The notes below the pieces were generated by a model, which searched no databases, was not told where the DNA came from, and worked only from the letters and a program-made list of their open reading frames with translations. DNA of 64,000 nucleotides from the human T2T-CHM13v2.0 reference genome, Homo sapiens, in the NCBI RefSeq assembly GCF_009914755.1, contig NC_060936.1; one strand, written 5' to 3'. Each line of letters opens with the position of its first letter. Within the stretch, counting starts at the first letter, position 1. The translations under genes were made by a program, and so were the position numbers. Below are positions 1 through 13,830 of this stretch, piece after piece.

Positions 1-1067
1 GCTTGGCATCCTGCCTCGTTTTGGTATCAGAACCCTTCCCTTTTTGGCTTAGTAACTGCTCCTCTCCTACTCCAGTTGATTTTTTGGGAAAACTTCCAGT
101 CACAGTTCCCTACTCCTGACTCTGCAGTCAGAGAGAGGCATACATTTCCTAGGCATGGGCAGTGATGGTGTCCCATCCCTAGGCACTCTGATCTGTCCAA
201 GCAACAGTGTGTGACTGCAGTTAGGTCCATCAAATTCTGAGGTTAGGATTTTAAAATATGCTTATATGGAAGACAGAGGCATTCTCTTTCTTTTAGGATT
301 TCTAAACTGAAATGACGAATACCTGGGTCTTCCTCTGGCTGTTATATTGGTTTCTTATGGCATTAGGAAATAAATACCACAAACTGGGTGGCTTCTAAAA
401 TAGAAATTTATTCTCTCGTAGTTCTGGAGGCTAGAAGTTCAAAATGAAGGTGTCAGCAGGGTGGTGCTCTGAAGGTTGCAGAAGAGGATTCTTCTTTGTA
501 TCTTCCAGCTTGGTGGGTTCCCTTCGATCTTTAGCATTTCTTGACTTCTAGATGCATCACTCCAATATCTGCCTTCATTGTCACATGGCCATCTTCTTCC
601 CGGATGTCTCTTTGTCCAAAATTTCCCTCTTCTTAGAAGAATACCAGTCACTGAATTAGGGCCCATCCTAAGTTAGTATGATCTCATCTTAACTTGATTA
701 TCTCTGCAAAGACACTATTTCAAATTAAGGTTACATTTACAGGTTCTGGGTAGACGTTAATTTTGGAGGATGTGGGAGAGGACTCTGCAGCCTAGGACAG
801 CCTTCTTTCCTGATGCCCAGGTAAACTGATTGCAGTAGGACAGAAAAACACCGTAGTCCTTATTGAAACAGAGACGGCAGGTGGAGAGAGTCCTGGTTAC
901 TAGGCACTGTGTGCTTAATTGCACTGGATCCCACAGTTATTCTTTTCGTTTTATGGACTACCCAACTTTCCTTCTTTCAGAAAATTTTCTCCCTTCCCGA
1001 TTGTTTCCTTAGGCTATATTGAGTTAGGTTTCTGTTCCTTCCTACTAAAACAATTCTGATAAATACA
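1..1067 (+). mobile_element. Old ERVL-class solo LTR (LTR33/LTR16-like), interrupted by an MLT1
   Basis: The 3' end 'gagttaggtttctgttccttcctactaaaacaattctgataaataca' resembles ERVL LTR termini; degenerate LTR-like sequence lies on both sides of the MLT1. Confidence 0.5.
341..780 (-). mobile_element. MaLR solo LTR, MLT1C-like
   Basis: 'taaataccacaaactgggtggcttctaaaatagaaatttattctctcgtagttctggaggctagaagttcaaaatgaaggtgtcagcagg' is the reverse complement of the MLT1 3' end. Confidence 0.85.
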
Positions 1068-1069
1068 GG

Positions 1070-1300
1070 GATTATTGCACCATTCCAGGTGGATAGAGAA
1101 GCAGATCTGAGACATGGCCGTTGTAGTAGAAATTGCTTCAAGAGGAATTAAGAAGGTGGACTTAATAGAGCTTGCACTCTGTTTAAATGTTTGGATTAAA
1201 GGAGAGGAATGAGTCTACAGTAATTCTTGGGATGGCTGAGTAGATGATGGGGCCGTTCTCTGAGAAAGAAATAGAAGAGCATAAAAAGGCATGAAGTTTG
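1070..1300 (-). mobile_element. L2 fragment
   Basis: Purine-rich L2-like text 'ggagaggaatgagtctacagtaattcttgggatggctgagtagatgatgg'. Confidence 0.5.
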
Positions 1301-1404
1301 GTCTTTGCCAACTTCTTTAGACTATTATTATTTATTAGCCTTCTGAAGCCTGTGATTTCTTGAGGGCAGGGAACATACTCGTATTTTAAAAAATCTGCAG
1401 TGCT

Positions 1405-1764
<360 letters not shown>

Positions 1765-2272
1765 TTAAAAATAAAAATCCACAGCTTGAAAGGCAAAATA
1801 TCTCTCTGCAGCCAATAGAACATATGATCTATGTTCTAAAGCCTGAAAATGTTTGTACCATTATTCAGCTCCCTGGAGAATCCATCATTATATATAGAAG
1901 TTTGTATGCAATAGATTACTAGTTTCATATTTATATAATAGTCACTAAAATAAAAAAGAGAAAAAAACGTAAACTCATAGGGTCATCAACAGGGAGACTG
2001 AGTATATTTTAAAATGTTAACATAAGATAAAAGATTCCTTCTTCTTAGGACAAACAGGCTCAAGTATTTTAATTCCTCTGCCCTACATTTCTTTCTTTAA
2101 GATAGATAGTGACGGAAACTCCTTGAGGCTAAAATCAAGTTTCACAGTTACTTATAGCAACTAGTAGCCCAATTAGATACAATAGCAGCTCAATAATTGC
2201 TTGCTGATGATATCAGTGGAAGTCATTGATAACATAGGGATACTCTTCAGGTATCTCTTTAATAAGGAATTA

Positions 2273-2588
<316 letters not shown>

Positions 2589-3350
2589 GCAATTAATAAT
2601 ATATGAGTATACTGCCTGAATGTTTATAATTCAGATTACACATCTTGAAATGTGCATTTAAGACTCATAAAACTCTGAGAGACAGTTTGGAACAAACACA
2701 TTCAGTGATAAAATGAATATGTTGGTGTATGAATCAACCAATAGATTGAAAATGTGCTTTTATTTTTTATTTTCTGGAGGTGGTGGTAGTATTGGACGTG
2801 ATACTAAAATCCTTTTATTAACTTGTGACATCAGTGACTACATTTGGTGCTTTGAAGAACAAGTTTTTGAATTTAAACCTCTACTGATAGCACAAGGAAG
2901 TTTGCTTGCTATTTATTTTTGCACAACACAGTTATAAAGGATTTTAAGAAATTAATATCAGTACACCAACAGCTGAATGACTATGTCCACTCAGTTTGAC
3001 CATAAGGAAAATAAAACAGCTATAGGACCTAAAATCCAGCAATTATTTTACCGAATTTGACAATTTTTTATACTCTGTGAGAAATCATGTAAGTGAAATT
3101 TAAACTTTGTGTATATCATACTCCTTTCTTTGTCCACATCATCTAGCAATTATTTGTCACTTCTGTAAACCAGAAAGCATGTTTATGAAAGCCAATAATA
3201 TACATATTTAGTTAAATTTTTCTTGAGTCTCAGGCATTCTCTCAAGGCCTGAGAGCCTAGAATCTTCATGTGGTTAATTTAATAGGCTGGATTTGGGTAG
3301 TCCCTCATTCCCACTCTACCTCCTAAACATTTTCTTTCACAGACCGTAGC

Positions 3351-3402
3351 TTTCTCTCTCTCTCTCTCTCTCTTTCTTGGTCTCTCTCTCTCTCATTTCT
3401 CT
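3351..3402. repeat. (TC)n microsatellite
   Basis: Interrupted TC dinucleotide run. Confidence 0.9.
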
Positions 3403-5108
3403 ATCATACAAGTTTTTTTTTTAAATCATTTCCCCGAGGTTACAAATAATGAGCTCAGTAAGATAAGAAATACTCGTGTGCAGCACTTTTAAAACCAAAA
3501 TGATTTCATGTAATGAAATAACTCAAATGCTTCTAGCTACATTAAGTGACTCTCTAGGGGCCAGGCATTTTGGGAGAGACATTAGCTTCTAGGCCACTAA
3601 GTACCGTTTAAAGAAAGCAGTGTAGCAATTTGCCATACCATAGAGAATTGTATCTTGTAGTTTTGCACTATCTTCCAAAGGACTTACAGTGTTTATACAC
3701 AAACCATCTCTTTTGTGCTAAAAACATTCCTAAGTATTATTCTGTATTAGTGTATTGTTTCCTAGGCACCTGGTATAATTCCTTCAATGGGAGATTATTT
3801 GGGCTCCTACTATGTGCCAGGCTGTGACTGAGTTTACAGAGCAATATGTAGCCCAGTACATATCTCTGGGTAGCAATCTACTGGGCAGAAAGACCTGAGC
3901 AATTTTTATGATAGGATGGCTGAGCCAGTAATAGGGGTGAATGCAAATGCTCTTGGATCACAGGAGACTGAGTAATTAACTGCTTGGAGGATGAGACTGT
4001 AAAACTTTTAGAGAGGAAACTATTGAGCAAGGTCTCAATGATCCAACAAAACACAGATGGAAATCTCTCTCTCTCCAACTTATTTTTCAGGTGGAAACAT
4101 TCTTAATGTTCAACTTACTTCCAGAATTATGAAAAATGGCTTGGGGTATGTGTGTGTTGGGGGGATATAGGGAGGATATCAGGAGAGTATCAGAATAATT
4201 TGGGGACCTTTGAGAAAAAATTATACACATCTCCCCAAAATTCTTCTATCCTCCATCCCCTTTTGAGAACCACTGTTAATGATGATGATGTATATCTGCT
4301 AGTTCAGTCATGCTGTGCAGAAAAAATATTAATAATTTCTGACCTAGAGAGTTATTTCATCAGTTGGAAGAACTAGTTCAATGTGAAGTGCATTATTTTT
4401 GAACTTCTGTTTTTAAACTGTTTGCTCTATTAAATATATTTTACAAATGACATCTCCAAATTCAAAGGAAATATGTTACATAAATGAGGAAGAACATATT
4501 TGTTCATTCATAATGTAACAATAAATAACAGATAGGAGAGTAAAATCACTCCTTTTCTTTGGCTAAGGGAGCTGCTAGTTTTACTCATCGTCCCCAAAGA
4601 CAGTACTAGTTGGAATTGCAGTTGGTTGAATTGAATCAGTAAGAATTTAAGAACTGTGAGATAAGCTATTGAGGAGAGTTACGGATTTGCTTTCATTTCT
4701 ATAACAGCTCTGGTTTAGGAGAAATCTTTCTTAGACATGAGGGATGGTGAGGTCCCTGCGTGAGCAGTCAGAAAATCTAGGTGCTGATCTTGGCTATGAA
4801 ACAAAATATCCCTGTCATTTAACCATTTGGAGATTCATTTCCTTAAGCTCTAAGATGAAGTGTTTGGATTAATAACATCTCAATTCTTCCCCGCTGTAAT
4901 ATTTTATAATTATGTGATTGTGTAAACGAGGTGAAACTTTTCATAACATTTTATATTGGAATGCTCATTTGTTCATTGAGTTCCCTCTGTCGGTTACGTA
5001 TTTTCCCCCTCTCCTCTGCCTGAGAAATTACATTGTTCAAGACTCAGGAACAAAGAAAAGAACTGATATATTTTGAATATTATCTTTGTACTAGATAACA
5101 TGATAAAT

Positions 5109-5220
5109 TGGGTGACCATGTGCCTAGGTTTATGCCCCTTGTCCTGGTGTAATTTTTAATAGTATCTTCTTATATTCTCAAATGGATCCTCGTTTGGACG
5201 ATGAATTATATGATGATCAG
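5109..5220. mobile_element. MER81-like hAT-Blackjack MITE
   Basis: 'gggtgaccatgtgcctaggtttatgccccttgtcctggtgtaatttttaatagt...gtttggacgatgaattatatg'. Confidence 0.7.
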
Positions 5221-5234
5221 GGCTTTAGCCAAAA

Positions 5235-5390
5235 TTACTTAATTTAACCCTCACAGCAATTCTGTGAGGTGGATGTTATTACCCCTACTTTTCAAATGAA
5301 AAACTATCACTTGGAAAATATTAAGGAATTTAAAGTTTCATTGCTTATAAGTGACTGAGTAATTTTATCCTGGTGTTCTGACTTCAGATG
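5235..5390 (-). mobile_element. MIR
   Basis: 'tttaaccctcacagcaattctgtgaggtggatgttattacccctacttttcaaatgaaaaact' matches the MIR core in reverse. Confidence 0.75.
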
Positions 5391-5775
5391 TGTTCAGTGT
5401 ACCTTGATGCTCAGATCAAGTGTCACTGTTTATGGAAAACTGTTGCCAACCCAATCCTCCACATTGTTTCTCCTAGAGACCCGTGGGCTTGTATTTACTG
5501 CTGAAGAATTACATTATACACATAAACATGTGCATGTCTGAGGTTTCTCTCATTGGACCCTCTTCCATCCTGAAAACAAAGACCCTGTTCTATTTATGAC
5601 AGTGCCAGCAATGTTTAGAACGGGTTGACTGTGCACATGTTTATATGTACCCACATTGTATTTAGTAGCGTGCTTGCTGATAAAGGATGAAGAGACTTAG
5701 TGTCCAGTTTGAGCTTCTAGACATGTTAGCTATGTGACTTTGAACAAATTTTATTTTTTTCTGAGCCAGATCCTA

Positions 5776-6198
<423 letters not shown>

Positions 6199-6691
6199 TT
6201 ACCAGGGCCTCCATGATAGGGATCTTATGGGGTTTGAAATGTTGACTGTCTTGCCCGAGGTTACAGAGCCAAGAAATAGTATGTAGAGACAGGGCTCAAA
6301 CCCACCTACCTGAAAAATGCTTTTTTATGTTGAAATTCCATGTCCAAAGGTAGTAGAAACAGCTGAAGGAATCTTGGGAGTTCTCAGCTAAAGGGTTTTA
6401 ATGTTAAGTGTTAAATTTGTGTTTTGCAGTCTGCTAGGAATCAGCAGCTTTTTCATTTCCTTCATTTACAGGCATTGCTCTCTAAAATTGCTTGTATTGC
6501 AGGACCAGAAGTCAAGCATCTGATCTAAGTGAAACTCTGAAAGCCTCTTTCTGACTATGCTTCCAACAGAACTATGGGTACTATTGCATAGCTGAAGGCA
6601 ATATTGTATGAGGTTTGAGCCCAGATTTTGGAATAGGTAACTGATAATAATGCTCCTCACATTGAGTCAGTGAGGATTTTTGCAGACACTT

Positions 6692-7246
6692 TGTGGTGCT
6701 TAATTTTATGTGACAATTTGACTGGGCTAAGGGATGCCCCGAGAGCTGACACAGCATTATTTCTGGTATGTCTGTAAGTGTGTTTCTGGAAGAGATCAGC
6801 ATTTGAACCAGGAGACTGAGTAAAGATCATCCCCTTGTGAATTTAACCTAAAATTAGAAAAGGAAAAAAAAGGATCCCTCTCACCAATGTTTGTGGTGAT
6901 CATCTCATCTGCTAAGAGCCAGGTTAGATAAAAAGGCAGAGGAAGAGTGAATTTACTCTGAGCTGGGACATCCATCTTCTCCTGGCCTTGGACATTGGTA
7001 CTCCTGGTTCTTGAGCCTTTGGACTCAAGCTAGGACATGGAACATTGGCTCCTCTGGTTCTTAGGCCTTTGAGTTTGGACCAGAACTACGCCATTGACTT
7101 TCCTGGGCCTCTGGCTTGCAGATAGCAGTTTGTAGGACTTCTCAGCCTCTGTAATTTCATGAGCCAACTCCTCATAATACCTCTCTTTTGATATATCTAT
7201 ATATATAATATTGGTTCTGTTTCTGTGGAGAACCTTGATGAATACA
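6692..7246 (+). mobile_element. ERVL solo LTR, MLT2B-like
   Basis: TG...CA termini; starts 'tgtggtgcttaattttatgtgacaatttgactgggctaagggatgccc' and ends 'ggttctgtttctgtggagaaccttgatgaataca'. Confidence 0.9.
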
Positions 7247-7624
7247 AAAGGATAACTGATAACAATGCTCTCTTGACTGAGTCAGTGAGTAATTTCATAA
7301 TGAAAAGTTAACGTGCTTTCTGGGCTTGAAGAATTCTTTCTTTAAAAAATAAGTATAAAAATTAAACTTGAGCATAACAACAACAAGAACAAACAACAAC
7401 AAAATCCTTTGGTTACAATAATTCCATTACTGTAAAGCAATACACTGCCTCTTATCCAAGCCTGCTTTTGGATGTTGAGGTTCCACTGAGACAGCCTAAG
7501 GGTGTACAGCATTTTGTACAGTGCTTTATGTGAGGGTAGGTGCTTAATAAGAATTCATTGAAAGACAATCAATATGTACAGATGATTCAAACAATTTGAA
7601 GTTGTTTCATTCAGTGGCATTTGC

Positions 7625-8545
7625 TTTTTTATTTTAATTTTACTTTAAGTTCTGGGGTACACGTGCAGAACGTGCAGGTTTGCTACATTGGTATACATGT
7701 GCCATGGTGGTTTGGTGCCCCTATCAACGTATCATCTAGGTTTTAAGCCTCACATGCATTAGGTATTTCTTCTAATGCTATCCCTCCCCTTGCCCCCCAC
7801 CCACCAACGGGCCCCAGTGTGTGATGTTTCCCTCCCTGTGTCCATGTGTTCTCATTGTTCAACTCCCACTTATGAGTGAGAGCATACAGTGTTTGGCTTT
7901 CTGTTCCTGTGTTAGTTTGCTGAAAATGATGGCTTCCAGCTTCATCCATGTCCCTGCAAAGGACATGAACTCATTCTTTTTTATGGCTGCATAGTATTCC
8001 ATGGTGTATATGTGCCACATTTTCTTCATCCAGTCTATCATTGATAGGCATTTGGGTTGGTTGCAAGTCTTTGCTATTGTAAATAGTGCTGCAATAAACA
8101 TACTTGTGCACGTGTCTTTGTAGTAGAATGATTTATAATCCTTTGGGTATATACCCAGTAATGGGATTGCTGGGGCAAATGGTAATTTCTGGTTCTAGCT
8201 CCTTGAGGAATCACCACACTGTCTTCCACAATGGTTGAACTAATTTACCCTCCCACCAACAGTGTAAAAGCATTCCTATTTCTCCACAGTCTCTCCAGCA
8301 TCTGTAGTTTCCTGACTTTTTAATAATTGCCATTCTAACTGGCATGAGATGGTATCTCATTGTGGTTTTGATTGGTGTTTCTCTAATGACCAGTGATGAT
8401 GAGCTTTTTTTCATATGTTTGCTGGCCACATGTATGTCTTCTTTTGAGAAGTTTCTGTTCGTATCCTTTGCCCACTTTTTGATAGGGTTGTTTGTTTTTT
8501 TCTTGTAAATTTGTTTCAGTTCCTTGTAGATTCTGGATATTAGAG
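7625..8545 (-). mobile_element. 5'-truncated L1PA (L1PA7/8-like): 3' UTR plus ORF2 C-terminus
   Basis: ORFs 8211-8636 and 7859-8101 give the L1 ORF2 cysteine-rich C-terminus ([18 protein letters not shown]); TSD catttgcttttt at 7618-7629 and 8547-8558. Confidence 0.95.
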
Positions 8546-10718
8546 ACATTTGCTTTTTACTAGAGGAAAATGCCTTTATTCTGGGATTCTTAGTATGAGG
8601 TCTATAAACTGTTACAATCCTATAGATGAGTTTCATGAACTAAAAAATCTTCTGCACATTTGCCAAATTGTACATATAATCATCTTTTTAAGAAACCAAG
8701 TTCATAATTTTTATCAGAATCTCAAAGGCATTTTCCCTTCATACTTACTTTAATGCGCACCCTTCCAATATCTTACACCTCTTAAGTCCTACCTGAGTTG
8801 GTATCTGTCCACTTACCTACCTAGAAGAGAGTTTCTTTGTTATGCAACAAACACTGCAACTGTAATGCTAAATGAAAAAAAAAATTGATTTATGTAAGCT
8901 GGCCTGTGTCGTTTTTGTGATATCTGGCCTTACTTCTAAGATACTCTAAAATCATTAGAGATAACATGACTGTGGGCCTGAAAAGTTTCTATAGGTATTT
9001 TCTTTTTGAACCATATACTAAACATGGTTGAGTAAAGATCATTTGTCTGTCAGCCTTACTAAAGATAAAATGGAATGTGGAGGTTGGTTGCTCAAGAATG
9101 AATCATCTCCTTACCGCTAGAATTATTCCCCTCAGCAAAAGGTATGCTGTGCTTAGTTGAGAAAAACGTGGAAGCTGCTAGATTTTAGGTTATAGAATTT
9201 TTAGTCTCTATCATTCAACACTTGAAATAGAAATGTTCTGGTAGTGAAGCTCACAAAAATATAAGCAGTTCTCATAAAGAAACAGGAAATTTAATGTGTG
9301 TGATTATTTCCACTATGTTAATTTACAGCAAAAAATGGCCTATTTTTTTTCTGTCCACTTTGGAGTTGAAAGGAATATTTTTAAAAACCCAAGTTAGTGG
9401 AATTTTTAAACCAGTTTTGATCGTGAATATTTTAGTCTAAATATTTCTCTCTGGAAATAATCAAGATTGTTTACAGTTTTAAAGTTGTTTCAGAACAGTA
9501 TCAGGATTAATTAATACAGTTAATATGTCAAATTTCTTTTGAAATATTCAAGCTTTGTTTGAGTTTTATTTTTCTGCCCTGGATGCCTGAGAAATTGAAA
9601 GAGTGTAAGAACAGTTGGCATAGACCTTTCCTTCTTGAATTCAGTTAAGCTTATCACAAACTATGTCATGGCCAGAGCTTAACGCGTTGTTCCCCTTCCA
9701 GAAACCTATTTGCCAAATATAACACAGTTCAGATGGTGGGAAAACTGTGAAGCGTTCACATTTAACCTAGACTTCTCCCCCAGTGTACAAGTTTAGAGAT
9801 GAAGAAAACATGCTGATAAATCAGCATACCTGCCCGCCACCTCCCCCACTTCTGAAAACCACAAAAGCAGAAGCAGCCATTATTGGATCCTTGACGTGGA
9901 GTTTTCTGCTCTGAGCCTATTTGGAGCTGTCGGTTAACAATTTGAAACAACATGTGAGGGTGAAGGGTGCCTGGATGGATAACTATGAATGTTATTTAAA
10001 AAATATGATGCTGCCTAAAGACTACAGCCAGCTATCTGGCCTGTGAATGTGGAGACTCTTTCATCTTCGTCTCATTTGGTAATTAGCACACTGACCCTGT
10101 GCAGACTAGAAGCATAAAAAAACATTTTGAAAAGTGCAGAGGAAGAAGGAGGATTAAGACAAACATTTATATAACCAGGAAAAATGACCCAGGAAAGACG
10201 GGAAATCTGGTGACACTCTGTTTATCCACAGTAATGTTAAAATAGTTTGCAAGTGAAACAAAGCAGATCCCTTGAATAAATCACTGAGAAAGTAGAAGGA
10301 TCGACCAACAGCCAAGATCATGTCACGAGCTATCCGTGTGATGTGATCCTCCCCTATTATACCAGACTGATGGCTTTCCATTGAATATCACCTCTCTCTT
10401 TTGTCTCTCCAGCTTTTTCCATCATGGAATTATGTGAAAGTGGGCTGCTGTAAATAGGAATTGGAAGGGGTTGAAGACGGCATAAATTATTAGGAAAGGG
10501 GAGAGTATCAGGATGTTTGGGCTCTAATTAACACCCAAACATTAATTTAAATCAGAGGCAGTTTAATGAATGTTGAATATCTGAAAAAAAAAAAACTTCA
10601 TAGCAATTTCATGAGGGGCAAAATCTCAGTTGTTTTTCTAGGTCATCTGCACTATGAGAAGATTTGCTCTTCTGAGGTTAGCAAAATTGGTGTTGGTCTC
10701 TGTCTAAAAGCTGAAGCA

Positions 10719-10846
10719 AGCCAGGTGTGGTGGTGCACGCCTGTAGTCCCAGCTACTTGGGAGGCTGAGGTGGGAAGATCACTTGAGCCCAAAAGTTCAA
10801 CTCCAGCCTGGGTGACATAGCATAGACCCCTGTCTCTTAAAAAATC
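10719..10846 (+). mobile_element. Alu monomer (FLAM_A-like)
   Basis: Single ~130-bp monomer; perfect TSD aaaagctgaagca (10706-10718 and 10847-10859). Confidence 0.9.
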
Positions 10847-11389
10847 AAAAGCTGAAGCATACAAGCTATCAGAAAGTTAACTGAACTTTCTTAACTTTTA
10901 TATAAGTGGCTTTGGTTCAGTGCCAGGTAATTATCTCCAGGGAAAGATAAGCTCTTTTGCAAGCAGTTTTCAAAAGTTTGATGGTCTAACTGCTTGCCAG
11001 TTAGATGCTAAGAGCCCTAGCCTGGCATGATGAAGGATGCCGCTTATTTGTAAACCACATTCTTCTGTCATCAGGATTCCGAGAGAAGTCTGTGGAATGG
11101 TTTACATGGACTTTGCATTTATGCATTCATTTATGAATAGAATTGCTCAGGTGTGGAAGAGACAAGCAAACAACAGTTCCTTGTCCTCAAGAAACTCATC
11201 ATCTGTTAGAGAAGTAAAAATTTAAATAATCATACAAATTGAGGAAGTACAAAATGTGAAAAAGACTAATTAAATGACAAATTAGCATTTTAAGTAATAA
11301 TTGCTCTGAATTCAAGGGAGGTAGAGATCAAACAGGCTAGAGTAATTATGAAAGTTTTTGTGGAAGACAGGGGCCTTTCATACCACCTC

Positions 11390-11575
11390 ACATTCATATA
11401 GTGCTTTATGGAAACGTGGATTTTACATACATCATCTCTTATTTGAGTTTCACGTTTTTACTGCCATTTAAAGTTGAGGAAACTTAGGCCTCGAGAGAGA
11501 GGAAATACTGGCTAACTTTCACACAGGTAGTAATGAGTCCTCACATCCAAGTTTTTCACTTAAAGTCCAAGACTA
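11390..11575 (-). mobile_element. MIR
   Basis: 'catttaaagttgaggaaacttaggcctcgagagagaggaaatactgg' matches the MIR core in reverse. Confidence 0.65.
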
Positions 11576-11612
11576 TTTCTGCAGCTCTGGGGCCTCCTTA
11601 ATAAATAGGTAA

Positions 11613-12247
11613 TATGCTTAATCTTCATTACTTGAAATTTGCCAACTGCTCATGTTTATTTGCAACCCTCAAATCAATACTTGTGATCCATTTGCAGTCA
11701 TTTGAGGTCATATGCAGAGGGGTGAAAGAGTTCACTCGCCCAACGGGCACACTCCTAGCTGAGGCCAAACAAGGTGACACTCTGCCTTATTTCTGTTCTC
11801 ATGCTATAAACAAGTGTCCTTCTTGCAGTCTACTTAGTGCCAGACTTTTAGCATTTTTGTACTTTTTGTTGATGATTTCCCTGTTTAAACATCCCCCAAG
11901 CATAGTGTTGGAGTGCTGTCTAGTGTTCCTAACCACAAGGGGACTATGATGTGTCTTGTGGAGAAAATGTTGTGTTAGATAAGCTTCATTCAGGCATGGT
12001 CACAGTGCTGTTGGTTGTAAGACCAACGTTAATGAAATAACACTATATATGTTAAATATGATGTCGTTAAACAGAAACACACATAAAACAAGGTTATGTA
12101 TTGATCAACTGACAAAAATGTTGTGACCAGAGGCTGGAAGGAACCTAACCCTATATTTCCTCTAAGAGCAATTTTTTCGTATTCACTAATTAAGTGTCCA
12201 AGGTGACTTTATAGAACATAACTACCACAAATAACAATCATTAACTG
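11613..12247 (+). mobile_element. MER82-like TcMar-Tigger DNA transposon, near full length
   Basis: 'gctgaggccaaacaaggtgacactctgcctt' and 'aaacagaaacacacataaaacaaggttatgtattgatc'; ends 'aactg' followed by ta. Confidence 0.85.
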
Positions 12248-13096
12248 TACTTACATTGAGTGGAAAAATGTTGGGAGGCTATTGTAGGCAAGAAAATAGT
12301 TTGAGCAAACGAATAGAGTTGGATAAATTAGTCATTGTTTAAAATAGAGAACAGGCATTGCTAACTGGAATCAAGGTGCAAGAGCAATTGCAGTAGATAA
12401 GGTTTAAGATGCCAGATTGTGGGGGGTCCATTATATCCAGCTGATGATTTTGGACTGAATCTTGTAAATGGATTTGGAGCAAGGATGTCATAAAAACCTC
12501 TCTGGGAGAAAAAGAATTTGGTAGGGATGAGCAGGAAGAATTGGGCTGGGAAAAAAGGCAGCAAGGAGAGTTCTCGCTATGCACCCGCCTCAGCTGACAG
12601 GGATTTATTGGTGGAACAGGAAGCCAGTCCTCTCCAGGACTTGATGGTTGATACTGAAGCCACAGAGTGAGGGAGAAGCTGACAGAGGTGAAGCCATTTC
12701 AGGGAACTGGAGGAAGGTCAGGGAGAAAATTCAAAATAACAAGGAAGGCAATTTAGGAAAGATCCTTAACTGAATGACGAGCCAGTGTAAATTTTGAAGT
12801 CTGTGGGTGGTGTGGTTGCACTCCTTCATGTGTGTGAAAACAAGGTTCTGAGAAGACTAGGCAACCCCAGGGGTAGCCATGGAGACTGTGGAAAACAATT
12901 CCAAATATGTGTGTTTAGTTTCGGGAGCTGGCTCATCTGGATCCCTGTGTAATTTAACAGTTATAGCAAATTTCTAAGTCAAGAAGAACCAGACTATTCC
13001 TTGTTAGGCTTATCTTTTCTTAGGGCTATTATTTGAAGTTCATCGTTTTCCATTCAGTTTCAAATCTTGTATCAGAACACACGTATGCTCACACAA

Positions 13097-13131
13097 GCAC
13101 ATGCACGTGCACACACACACGCACATGTACA
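13097..13131. repeat. Alternating purine-pyrimidine tract (CA/TG/CG)
   Basis: gcacatgcacgtgcacacacacacgcacatgtaca: 35 bp of uninterrupted RY alternation. Confidence 0.85.
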
Positions 13132-13559
13132 AGCTGTTCTGTGGCACTCAATGAACCATGTCAGTACAGTACATAACAGCTGCAAAAAAAAGTCAGCGGC
13201 TGCTCCGAAATCACAGTGGGCAATGTCTGACATATTGAGAGTGGCAGCTTCAGATTTCTGAGGCGGGCTGCCCTGAAGCAATCTCTTAATATTTATCTTG
13301 TAATATTTCCGTTAAAATTGACTTTCAAAAAGTAAGTGGAACGAAACTACTCATGAGTCACTGAGGTTTTATTTTTAATAAACCTGGATAAGTATGCCTC
13401 TCTGGGTTTTTAATTTCAGAAGAATTAGGCATCAAGATAAGTTAACATGACACTCATGTTTTTCCTCTGCAACTGAAGGTTTTTCAGTCTTGACCAGGAA
13501 TCTCAAACTACCAATGTGAAAATAGGTCTCTCATCAGGAATTGAGTTTTGCCCTAGAAT

Positions 13560-13830
13560 TCTCAAACTTAAATACAATTTCCTCAGGAAAGACTCTCCTT
13601 CATCCTCATTTAGAATCAATCATTGCCTCCTTAAACTCCTTCAGCTCTTGCCTGCATTAGACTATGGTGCTTTTCATCATCTGATTAGTTTTAGCAGTGT
13701 TTGTATATGTGTCTTTTCTCTTGATTGTCAGCCCCTGCAGGTCAAAAGCCATATCTTGTTTATCTTTCTATATCCCACTCTCCCTGGTGTAGTTTTTTGC
13801 TCAAAGGAGGTACACTGTTGAATTGCTTGG
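13560..13830 (+). mobile_element. L2 3' region
   Basis: 'gattgtcagcccctgcaggtcaaaagccatatcttgtttatctttctatatccc' resembles the L2 3' end. Confidence 0.6.
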
